Assembly (NCBI GenBank): GCA_964016885.1
Contig: OZ024744.1
Coordinates: 119,164,001-119,228,000 of the forward strand
DNA from: Eledone cirrhosa
Taxonomy: Eukaryota
DNA length: 64,000 bases
Direction: 5' to 3'
In this document: in pieces, positions 46,145 through 60,200 of the stretch
Layout: every line of letters begins with the position of its first letter
How positions within the stretch are numbered: position 1 is the first letter of the stretch
Translations under genes and position numbers: made by a program
Notes under the pieces: model-generated
Databases searched by the model: none
Seen by the model: only the letters and a program-made list of their open reading frames with translations
Told to the model about the DNA's origin: nothing

Positions 46145-47099
46145 ATTATTACTGTAACAACGGACTTGGTGTTACTAACATTATTACTGTAACAACTGAC
46201 TTGGTGTTACTAACATTATTAATGTAACAACTGGCTAATGTTACTAACATTATTACTGTAACAACTGACTTGGTGTTACTAACATTATTACTGTAACAAC
46301 TGACTAATGTTACTAACGTTATTACTGTAACAACTGACTAGGTGTTACTAACATTATTACTGTAACAACTGACTTGGTGTTACTAACATTATTACTGTGA
46401 CAACTGACTAATGTTACTAACATTATTACTGTAACAACTGACTTGGTGTTACTAACATTATTACTGTGACAACTGACTAATGTTACTAACATTATTACTG
46501 TAACAACTGACTTGGTGTTACTAACATTATTACTGTGACAACTGACAAATGTTACTAACATTATTACTGTAACAACTGACTTGGTGTTACTAACATTATT
46601 ACTGTGACAACTGACTAATGTTACTAACATTATTACTGTAACAACTGACTTGGTGTTACTAACATTATTACTGTAACAACTGACTTGGTGTTACTAACAT
46701 TATTACTGTAACAACTGACTTGGTGTTACTAACATTATTAATGTAACAACTGGCTAATGTTACTAACATTATTACTGTAACAACTGACTTGGTGTTACTA
46801 ACATTATTACTGTAACAACTGACTAATGTTACTAACGTTATTACTGTAACAACTGACTAGGTGTTACTAACATTATTACTGTAACAACTGACTTGGTGTT
46901 ACTAACATTATTACTGTAACAACTGACTAATGTTACTAACATTATTACTGTAACAACTGACTTGGCGTTACTAACATTATTACTGTAACAAATGACTAAT
47001 GTTACTAACATTATTACTGTAACAACTGACTAATGTTACTAACATTATTACTGTAACAACTGACTAATGGTACTAACATTATTACTGTAACAACTGACT

Positions 47100-50000
47100 T
47101 GGTGTTACTAACATTATTACTGTAACAACTGACTTGGTGTTACAAACATTATTACTGTAACAACTGACTAATGTTACTAACATTATTACTGTAACAACTC
47201 ACTAATGTTACTAACATTATTACTGTAACAATTGACTTGGTGTTACTAACATTATTACTGTAACAACTGACTTGGTGTTACTAACATTATTACTGTAACA
47301 ACTGACTTGGTGTTACTAACTTTATTACTGTAACAACTGACTTGGTGTTACTAACATTATTACTGTAACAACTGACTAATGGTACTAACATTATTACTGT
47401 AACAACTGACTAATGGTACTAACATTATTACTGTAACAACTGACTTGGTGTTACTAACGTTATTACTGTAACAACTGACTTGGTGTTACTAACATTATTA
47501 CTGTGACAACTGACTAATGTTACTAACATTATTACTGTAACAACTGACTTGGTGTTACTTACATTATTACTGTAACAACTGACTTGGTGTTACTAACATT
47601 ATTACTGTAACAACTGACTTGGTGTTACTAACATTATTACTGTAACAACGGACTTGGTGTTACTAACATTATTACTGTAATAACTGACTTGGTGTTACTA
47701 ACATTATTACTGTAACAACTGACTTGGCGTTACTAACATTATTACTGTAACAACTGACTTGGTGTTACTAACATTATTACTGTAACAACTGACTTGGTGT
47801 TACTAACATTATTACTGTAACAACTGACGTGGTGTTACTAACATTATTACTGTAACAACTGACTTGGTGTTACTAACATTATTACTGTAACAACTGACTT
47901 GGTGTTACTAACATTATTACTGTAACAACTGACTTGGTGTTACTAACATTATTACTGTAACAACTGACTTGGTGTTACTAACATTATTACTGTAACAACT
48001 GACTTGGTGTTACTAACATTATTACTGTAACAACTGACTTGGTGTTACTAACATTATTACTGTAACAACTGACTTGGTGTTACTAACATTATTACTGTAA
48101 CAACTGACTAATGTTACTAACATTATTACTGTAACAACTGACTTGGTGTTACTAACATTATTACTGTAACAACTGACTAATGTTACTAACATTATTACTG
48201 TAACAACTGACTTGGTGTTACTAACATTATTACTGTAACAAATGACTAATGTTACTAACATTATTACTGTAACAACTGACTAATGTTACTAACGTTATTA
48301 CTGTAACAACTGACTAGGTGTTACTAACATTATTACTGTAACAACTGACTTGGTGTTACTAACATTATTACTGTAACAACTGACTAATGTTACTAACATT
48401 ATTACTGTAACAACTGACTTGGTGTTACTAACATTATTACTGTAACAAATGACTAATGTTACTAACATTATTACTGTAACAACTGACTAATGTTACTAAC
48501 ATTATTACTGTAACAACTGACTTGGCGTTACTAACATTATTACTGTAACAACTGACTTGGTGTTACTAACATTATTACTGTAACAACTGACTTGGTGTTA
48601 CTAACATTATTACTGTAACAACTGACTTGGTGTTACTAACATTATTACTGTAACAACTGACTTGGTGTTACTAACATTATTACTGTAACAACTGACTTGG
48701 TGTTACTAACATTATTACTGTAACAACTGACTTGGTGTTACTAACATTATTACTGTAACAACTGACTTGGTGTTACTAACATTATTACTGTAACAACTGA
48801 CTTGGTGTTACTAACATTATTACTGTAACAACTGACTTGGTGTTACTAACATTATTACTGTAACAACTGACTTGGTGTTACTAACATTATTACTGTAACA
48901 ACTGACTAATGTTACTAACATTATTACTGTAACAACTGACTTGGTGTTACTAACATTATTACTGTAACAACTGACTAATGTTACTAACATTATTACTGTA
49001 ACAACTGACTTGGTGTTACTAACATTATTACTGTAACAAATGACTAATGTTACTAACATTATTACTGTAACAACTGACTAATGTTACTAACGTTATTACT
49101 GTAACAACTGACTAGGTGTTACTAACATTATTACTGTAACAACTGACTTGGTGTTACTAACATTATTACTGTAACAGCTGACTAATGTTACTAACATTAT
49201 TACTGTAACAACTGACTTGGTGTTACTAACATTATTACTGTAACAAATGACTAATGTTACTAACATTATTACTGTAACAACTGACTAATGTTACTAACAT
49301 TATTACTGTAACAACTGACTAATGGTACTAACATTATTACTGTAACAACTGACTTGGTGTTACTAACATTATTACTGTAACAACTGACTTGGTGTTACTA
49401 ACATTATTACTGTAACAACTGACTAATGTTACTAACATTATTACTGTAACAACTGACTAATGTTACTAACATTATTACTGTAACAATTGACTTGGTGTTA
49501 CTAACATTATTACTGTAACAACTGACTTGGTGTTACTAACATTATCACTGTAACAACTGACTAATGGTACTAACATTATTACTGTAACAACTGACTAATG
49601 GTACTAACATTATTACTGTAACAACTGACTTGGTGTTACTAACGTTATTACTGTAACAACTGACTTGGTGTTACTAACATTATTACTGTGACAACTGACT
49701 AATGTTACTAACATTATTACTGTAACAACTGACTTGGTGTTACTAACATTATTACTGTGACAACTGACTAATGTTACTAACATTATTACTGTAACAACTG
49801 ACTTGGTGTTACTAACATTATTACTGTGACAACTGACAAATGTTACTAACATTATTACTGTAACAACTGACTTGGTGTTACTAACATTATTACTGTGACA
49901 ACTGACTAATGTTACTAACATTATTACTGTAACAACTGACTTGGTGTTACTAACATTATTACTGTAACAACTGACTTGGTGTTACTAACATTATTAATGT

Positions 50001-53000
50001 AACAACTGGCTAATGTTACTAACATTATTACTGTAACAACTGACTTGGTGTTACTAACATTATTACTGTAACAACTGACTAATGTTACTAACGTTATTAC
50101 TGTAACAACTGACTAGGTGTTACTAACATTATTACTGTAACAACTGACTTGGTGTTACTAACATTATTACTGTAACAACTGACTAATGTTACTAACATTA
50201 TTACTGTAACAACTGACTTGGCGTTACTAACATTATTACTGTAACAAATGACTAATGTTACTAACATTATTACTGTAACAACTGACTAATGTTACTAACA
50301 TTATTACTGTAACAACTGACTAATGGTACTAACATTATTACTGTAACAACTGACTTGGTGTTACTAACATTATTACTGTAACAACTGACTTGGTGTTACT
50401 AACATTATTACTGTAACAACTGACTAATGTTACTAACATTATTACTGTAACAACTCACTAATGTTACTAACATTATTACTGTAACAATTGACTTGGTGTT
50501 ACTAACATTATTACTGTAACAACTGACTTGGTGTTACTAACATTATTACTGTAACAACTGACTTGGTGTTACTAACTTTATTACTGTAACAACTGACTTG
50601 GTGTTACTAACATTATTACTGTAACAACTGACTAATGGTACTAACATTATTACTGTAACAACTGACTAATGGTACTAACATTATTACTGTAACAACTGAC
50701 TTGGTGTTACTAACGTTATTACTGTAACAACTGACTTGGTGTTACTAACATTATTACTGTGACAACTGACTAATGTTACTAACATTATTACTGTAACAAC
50801 TGACTTGGTGTTACTTACATTATTACTGTAACAACTGACTTGGTGTTACTAACATTATTACTGTAACAACTGACTTGGTGTTACTAACATTATTACTGTA
50901 ACAACGGACTTGGTGTTACTAACATTATTACTGTAATAACTGACTTGGTGTTACTAACATTATTACTGGAACAACTGACTTGGCGTTACTAACATTATTA
51001 CTGTAACAACTGACTTGGTGTTACTAACATTATTAATGTAACAACTGACTTGGTGTTACTAACATTATTACTGTAACAACTGACTTGGTGTTACTAACAT
51101 TATTACTGTAACAACTGACTTGGTGTTACTAACATTATTACTGTAACAACTGACTTGGTGTTACTAACATTATTACTGTAACAACTGACTTGGTGTTACT
51201 AACATTATTACTGTAACAACTGACTTGGTGTTACTAACATTATTACTGTAACAACTGACTTGGTGTTACTAACATTATTACTGTAACAACTGACTTGGTG
51301 TTACTAACATTATTACTGTAACAACTGACTTGGTGTTACTAACATTATTACTGTAACAACTGACTAATGTTACTAACATTATTACTGTAACAACTGACTT
51401 GGTGTTACTAACATTATTACTGTAACAACTGACTAATGTTACTAACATTATTACTGTAACAATTGACTTGGTGTTACTAACATTATTACTGTAACAAATG
51501 ACTAATGTTACTAACATTATTACTGTAACAACTGACTAATGTTACTAACGTTATTACTGTAACAACTGACTTGGTGTTACAAACATTATTACTGTAACAA
51601 CTGACTAATGTTACTAACATTATTACTGTAACAACTCACTAATGTTACTAACATTATTACTGTAACAATTGACTTGGTGTTACTAACATTATTACTGTAA
51701 CAACTGACTTGGTGTTACTAACATTATTACTGTAACAACTGACTTGGTGTTACTAACTTTATTACTGTAACAACTGACTTGGTGTTACTAACATTATTAC
51801 TGTAACAACTGACTAATGGTACTAACATTATTACTGTAACAACTGACTAATGGTACTAACATTATTACTGTAACAACTGACTTGGTGTTACTAACGTTAT
51901 TACTGTAACAACTGACTTGGTGTTACTAACATTATTACTGTGACAACTGACTAATGTTACTAACATTATTACTGTAACAACTGACTTGGTGTTACTTACA
52001 TTATTACTGTAACAACTGACTTGGTGTTACTAACATTATTACTGTAACAACTGACTTGGTGTTACTAACATTATTACTGTAACAACGGACTTGGTGTTAC
52101 TAACATTATTACTGTAATAACTGACTTGGTGTTACTAACATTATTACTGTAACAACTGACTTGGCGTTACTAACATTATTACTGTAACAACTGACTTGGT
52201 GTTACTAACATTATTACTGTAACAACTGACTTGGTGTTACTAACATTATTACTGTAACAACTGACGTGGTGTTACTAACATTATTACTGTAACAACTGAC
52301 TTGGTGTTACTAACATTATTACTGTAACAACTGACTTGGTGTTACTAACATTATTACTGTAACAACTGACTTGGTGTTACTAACATTATTACTGTAACAA
52401 CTGACTTGGTGTTACTAACATTATTACTGTAACAACTGACTTGGTGTTACTAACATTATTACTGTAACAACTGACTTGGTGTTACTAACATTATTACTGT
52501 AACAACTGACTTGGTGTTACTAACATTATTACTGTAACAACTGACTAATGTTACTAACATTATTACTGTAACAACTGACTTGGTGTTACTAACATTATTA
52601 CTGTAACAACTGACTAATGTTACTAACATTATTACTGTAACAACTGACTTGGTGTTACTAACATTATTACTGTAACAAATGACTAATGTTACTAACATTA
52701 TTACTGTAACAACTGACTAATGTTACTAACGTTATTACTGTAACAACTGACTAGGTGTTACTAACATTATTACTGTAACAACTGACTTGGTGTTACTAAC
52801 ATTATTACTGTAACAACTGACTAATGTTACTAACATTATTACTGTAACAACTGACTTGGTGTTACTAACATTATTACTGTAACAAATGACTAATGTTACT
52901 AACATTATTACTGTAACAACTGACTAATGTTACTAACATTATTACTGTAACAACTGACTTGGCGTTACTAACATTATTACTGTAACAACTGACTTGGTGT

Positions 53001-56000
53001 TACTAACATTATTACTGTAACAACTGACTTGGTGTTACTAACATTATTACTGTAACAACTGACTTGGTGTTACTAACATTATTACTGTAACAACTGACTT
53101 GGTGTTACTAACATTATTACTGTAACAACTGACTTGGTGTTACTAACATTATTACTGTAACAACTGACTTGGTGTTACTAACATTATTACTGTAACAACT
53201 GACTTGGTGTTACTAACATTATTACTGTAACAACTGACTTGGTGTTACTAACATTATTACTGTAACAACTGACTTGGTGTTACTAACATTATTACTGTAA
53301 CAACTGACTTGGTGTTACTAACATTATTACTGTAACAACTGACTAATGTTACTAACATTATTACTGTAACAACTGACTTGGTGTTACTAACATTATTACT
53401 GTAACAACTGACTAATGTTACTAACATTATTACTGTAACAACTGACTTGGTGTTACTAACATTATTACTGTAACAAATGACTAATGTTACTAACATTATT
53501 ACTGTAACAACTGACTAATGTTACTAACGTTATTACTGTAACAACTGACTAGGTGTTACTAACATTATTACTGTAACAACTGACTTGGTGTTACTAACAT
53601 TATTACTGTAACAGCTGACTAATGTTACTAACATTATTACTGTAACAACTGACTTGGTGTTACTAACATTATTACTGTAACAAATGACTAATGTTACTAA
53701 CATTATTACTGTAACAACTGACTAATGTTACTAACATTATTACTGTAACAACTGACTAATGGTACTAACATTATTACTGTAACAACTGACTTGGTGTTAC
53801 TAACATTATTACTGTAACAACTGACTTGGTGTTACTAACATTATTACTGTAACAACTGACTAATGTTACTAACATTATTACTGTAACAACTGACTAATGT
53901 TACTAACATTATTACTGTAACAATTGACTTGGTGTTACTAACATTATTACTGTAACAACTGACTTGGTGTTACTAACATTATCACTGTAACAACTGACTA
54001 ATGGTACTAACATTATTACTGTAACAACTGACTAATGGTACTAACATTATTACTGTAACAACTGACTTGGTGTTACTAACGTTATTACTGTAACAACTGA
54101 CTTGGTGTTACTAACATTATTACTGTGACAACTGACTAATGTTACTAACATTATTACTGTAACAACTGACTTGGTGTTACTAACATTATTACTGTGACAA
54201 CTGACTAATGTTACTAACATTATTACTGTAACAACTGACTTGGTGTTACTAACATTATTACTGTGACAACTGACAAATGTTACTAACATTATTACTGTAA
54301 CAACTGACTTGGTGTTACTAACATTATTACTGTGACAACTGACTAATGTTACTAACATTATTACTGTAACAACTGACTTGGTGTTACTAACATTATTACT
54401 GTAACAACTGACTTGGTGTTACTAACATTATTAATGTAACAACTGGCTAATGTTACTAACATTATTACTGTAACAACTGACTTGGTGTTACTAACATTAT
54501 TACTGTAACAACTGACTAATGTTACTAACGTTATTACTGTAACAACTGACTAGGTGTTACTAACATTATTACTGTAACAACTGACTTGGTGTTACTAACA
54601 TTATTACTGTAACAACTGACTAATGTTACTAACATTATTACTGTAACAACTGACTTGGCGTTACTAACATTATTACTGTAACAAATGACTAATGTTACTA
54701 ACATTATTACTGTAACAACTGACTAATGTTACTAACATTATTACTGTAACAACTGACTAATGGTACTAACATTATTACTGTAACAACTGACTTGGTGTTA
54801 CTAACATTATTACTGTAACAACTGACTTGGTGTTACTAACATTATTACTGTAACAACTGACTAATGTTACTAACATTATTACTGTAACAACTCACTAATT
54901 TTACTAACATTATTACTGTAACAATTGACTTGGTGTTACTAACATTATTACTGTAACAACTGACTTGGTGTTACTAACATTATTACTGTAACAACTGACT
55001 TGGTGTTACTAACTTTATTACTGTAACAACTGACTTGGTGTTACTAACGTTATTACTGTAACAACTGACTAATGGTACTAACATTATTACTGTAACAACT
55101 GACTAATGGTACTAACATTATTACTGTAACAACTGACTTGGTGTTAGTAACGTTATTACTGTAAAAACTGACTTGGTGTTACTAACATTATTACTGTGAC
55201 AACTGACTAATGTTACTAACATTATTACTGTAACAACTGACTTGGTGTTACTTACATTATTACTGTAACAACTGACTAATGGTACTAACATTATTACTGT
55301 AACAACTGACTAATGGTACTAACATTATTACTGTAACAACTGACTTGGTGTTACTAACGTTATTACTGTAACAACTGACTTGGTGTTACTAACATTATTA
55401 CTGTGACAACTGACTAATGTTACTAACATTATTACTGTAACAACTGACTTGGTGTTACTAACATTATTACTGTGACAACTGACTAATGTTACTAACATTA
55501 TTACTGTAACAACTGACTTCGTGTTACTAACATTATTACTGTGACAACTGACAAATGTTACTAACATTATTACTGTAACAACTGACTTGGTGTTACTAAC
55601 ATTATTACTGTGACAACTGACTAATGTTACTAACATTATTACTGTAACAACTGACTTGGTGTTACTAACATTATTACTGTAACAACTGACTTGGTGTTAC
55701 TAACATTATTAATGTAACAACTGGCTAATGTTACTAACATTATTACTGTAACAACTGACTTGGTGTTACTAACATTATTACTGTAACAACTGACTAATGT
55801 TACTAACGTTATTACTGTAACAACTGACTAGGTGTTACTAACATTATTACTGTAACAACTGACTTGGTGTTACTAACATTATTACTGTAACAACTGACTA
55901 ATGTTACTAACATTATTACTGTAACAACTGACTTGGCGTTACTAACATTATTACTGTAACAAATGACTAATGTTACTAACATTATTACTGTAACAACTGA

Positions 56001-56550
56001 CTAATGTTACTAACATTATTACTGTAACAACTGACTAATGGTACTAACATTATTACTGTAACAACTGACTTGGTGTTACTAACATTATTACTGTAACAAC
56101 TGACTTGGTGTTACTAACATTATTACTGTAACAACTGACTAATGTTACTAACATTATTACTGTAACAACTCACTAATTTTACTAACATTATTACTGTAAC
56201 AATTGACTTGGTGTTACTAACATTATTACTGTAACAACTGACTTGGTGTTACTAACATTATTACTGTAACAACTGACTTGGTGTTACTAACTTTATTACT
56301 GTAACAACTGACTTGGTGTTACTAACGTTATTACTGTAACAACTGACTAATGGTACTAACATTATTACTGTAACAACTGACTAATGGTACTAACATTATT
56401 ACTGTAACAACTGACTTGGTGTTAGTAACGTTATTACTGTAACAACTGACTTGGTGTTACTAACATTATTACTGTGACAACTGACTAATGTTACTAACAT
56501 TATTACTGTAACAACTGACTTGGTGTTACTTACATTATTACTGTAACAAC
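47100..56550 (+). repeat. Higher-order duplication, period 4437 bp, with a nested 798-bp duplication and an adjacent 1278-bp duplication
   Basis: GACGTGG near 47826 and 52263. ORF offsets 48022->52459, 48820->53257 and 49613->54050 are all 4437; 48022->48820 is 798. CACTAATTTT at 54893 and 56171, and ORF 54050->55328, are 1278. Confidence 0.8.
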
Positions 56551-57289
56551 TGACTTGGTGTTACTAACATTATTACTGTAACAACTGACTTGGTGTTACT
56601 AACATTATTACTGTAACAACGGACTTGGTGTTACTAACATTATTACTGTAATAACTGACTTGGTGTTACTAACATTATTACTGTAACAACTGACTTGGCG
56701 TTACTAACATTATTACTGTAACAACTGACTTGGTGTTACTAACATTATTACTGTAACAACTGACTTGGTGTTACTAACATTATTACTGTAACAACTGACT
56801 TGGTGTTACTAACATTATTACTGTAACAACTGACTTGGTGTTACCAACATTATTACTGTAACAACTGACTTGGTGTTACTAACATTATTACTGTAACAAC
56901 TGACTTGGTGTTACTAACATTATTACTGTAACAACTGACTTGGTGTTACTAACATTATTACTGTAACAACTGACTTGGTGTTACTAACATTATTACTGTA
57001 ACAACTGACTTGGTGTTACTAACATTATTACTGTAACAACTGACTTGGTGTTACTAACATTATTACTGTAACAACTGACTAATGTTACTAACATTATTAC
57101 TGTAACAACTGACTTGGTGTTACTAACATTATTACTGTAACAAATGACTAATGTTACTAACATTATTACTGTAACAACTGACTAATGTTACTAACGTTAT
57201 TACTGTAACAACTGACTAGGTGTTACTAACATTATTACTGTAACAACTGACTAATGTTACTAACATTATTACTGTAACAACTGACTTGG

Positions 57290-60200
57290 TGTTACTAACA
57301 TTATTACTGTAACAAATGACTAATGTTACTAACATTATTACTGTAACAACTGACTAATGTTACTAACATTATTACTGTAACAACTGACTAATGGTACTAA
57401 CATTATTACTGTAACAACTGACTTGGTGTTACTAACATTATTACTGTAACAACTGACTTGGTGTTACTAACATTATTACTGTAACAACTGACTAATGTTA
57501 CTAACATTATTACTGTAACAACTGACTAATGTTACTAACATTATTACTGTAACAATTGACTTGGTGTTACTAACATTATTACTGTAACAACTGACTTGGT
57601 GTTACTAACATTATCACTGTAACAACTGACTAATGGTACTAACATTATTACTGTAACAACTGACTAATGGTACTAACATTATTACTGTAACAACTGACTT
57701 GGTGTTACTAACGTTATTACTGTAACAACTGACTTGGTGTTACTAACATTATTACTGTGACAACTGACTAATGTTACTAACATTATTACTGTAACAACTG
57801 ACTTGGTGTTACTAACATTATTACTGTGACAACTGACTAATGTTACTAACATTATTACTGTAACAACTGACTTGGTGTTACTAACATTATTACTGTGACA
57901 ACTGACAAATGTTACTAACATTATTACTGTAACAACTGACTTGGTGTTACTAACATTATTACTGTGATAACTGACTAATGTTACTAACATTATTACTGTA
58001 ACAACTGACTTGATGTTACTAACATTATTACTGTGACAACTGACTAATGTTACTAACATTATTACTGTAACAACTGACTTGGTGTTACTAATATTATTAC
58101 TGTGACAACTGACTAATGTTACTAACATTATTACTGTAACAACTGACTTGGTGTTACTAACATTATTACTGTGACAACTGACTAATGGTACTAACATTAT
58201 TACTGTAACAACTGACTTGGTGTTACTAACGTTATTACTGTAACAACTGACTTGGTGTTACTAACATTATTACTGTGACAACTGACTAATGTTACTAACA
58301 TTATTACTGTAACAACTGACTTGGTGTTACTAACATTATTACTGTAACAACTGACTTGGTGTTACTAACATTATTACTTTAACAACTGACTTGGTGTTAC
58401 TAACATTATTACTGTAACAACTGACTTGGTGTTACTAACATTATTACTGTAACAACTGACTTGGTGTTACTAACATTATTACTGTAACAACTGACTTGGT
58501 GTTACTAACATTATTACTGTAACAACTTACTTGGTGTTACTAACATTATTACTGTAACAACTGACTTGGTGTTACTAACATTATTACTGTAACAACTGAC
58601 TTGGTGTTACTAACATTATTACTGTAACAACTGACTTGGTGTTACTAACATTATTACTGTAACAACTGACTTGGTGTTACTAACATTATTACTGTAACAA
58701 CTGACTTGGTGTTACTAACATTATTACTGTAACAACTGACTTGGTGTTACTAACATTATTACTGTAACAACTGACTTGGTGTTACTAACATTATTACTGT
58801 AACAACTGACTTGGTGTTACTAACATTATTACTGTAACAACTGACTTGGTGTTACTAACATTATTACTGTAACAACTGACTAATGTTACTAACATTATTA
58901 CTGTAACAACTGACTTGGTGTTACTAACATTATTACTGTAACAACTGACTAATGTTACTAACATTATTACTGTAACAACTGACTTGGTGTTACTAACATT
59001 ATTACTGTAACAAATGACTAATGTTACTAACATTATTACTGTAACAACTGACTAATGTTACTAACGTTATTACTGTAACAACTGACTAGGTGTTACTAAC
59101 ATTATTACTGTAACAACTGACTTGGTGTTACTAACATTATTACTGTAACAGCTGACTAATGTTACTAACATTATTACTGTAACAACTGACTTGGTGTTAC
59201 TAACATTATTACTGTAACAAATGACTAATGTTACTAACATTATTACTGTAACAACTGACTAATGTTACTAACATTATTACTGTAACAACTGACTAATGGT
59301 ACTAACATTATTACTGTAACAACTGACTTGGTGTTACTAACATTATTACTGTAACAACTGACTTGGTGTTACTAACATTATTACTGTAACAACTGACTAA
59401 TGTTACTAACATTATTACTGTAACAACTGACTAATGTTACTAACATTATTACTGTAACAATTGACTTGGTGTTACTAACATTATTACTGTAACAACTGAC
59501 TTGGTGTTACTAACATTATCACTGTAACAACTGACTAATGGTACTAACATTATTACTGTAACAACTGACTAATGGTACTAACATTATTACTGTAACAACT
59601 GACTTGGTGTTACTAACGTTATTACTGTAACAACTGACTTGGTGTTACTAACATTATTACTGTGACAACTGACTAATGTTACTAACATTATTACTGTAAC
59701 AACTGACTTGGTGTTACTAACATTATTACTGTGACAACTGACTAATGTTACTAACATTATTACTGTAACAACTGACTTGGTGTTACTAACATTATTACTG
59801 TGACAACTGACTAATGTTACTAACATTATTACTGTAACAACTGACTTGGTGTTACTAACATTATTACTGTGACAACTGACTAATGTTACTAACATTATTA
59901 CTGTAACAACTCACTAATGTTACTAACATTATTACTGTAACAATTGACTTGGTGTTACTAACATTATTACTGTAACAACTGACTTGGTGTTACTAACATT
60001 ATTACTGTAACAACTGACTTGGTGTTACTAACTTTATTACTGTAACAACTGACTTGGTGTTACTAACATTATTACTGTAACAACTGGCTAATGGTACTAA
60101 CATTATTACTGTAACAACTGACTAATGGTACTAACATTATTACTGTAACAACTGACTTGGTGTTACTAACGTTATTACTGTAACAACTGACTTGGTGTTA

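Larger units (their letters stand above)
35900..46250 (+). repeat. Three related higher-order blocks, offsets 3559 and 3393 bp
   Basis: Private variants CATTTTTACT, GTTATAAAC, ATTATGACT and AACACCTG each occur three times (e.g. AACACCTG near 37785, 41343 and 44736). ORF offsets 36984->40543->43936 and 37777->41336->44729. Confidence 0.8.

Noticed and set aside
46005-46173. 29-bp target-site duplication around insert 2
   Set aside because: The flanks differ (ACTG vs ACGG), and the sibling block at ~42600-42690 already has both monomers, so a 6-bp deletion is the simpler explanation.
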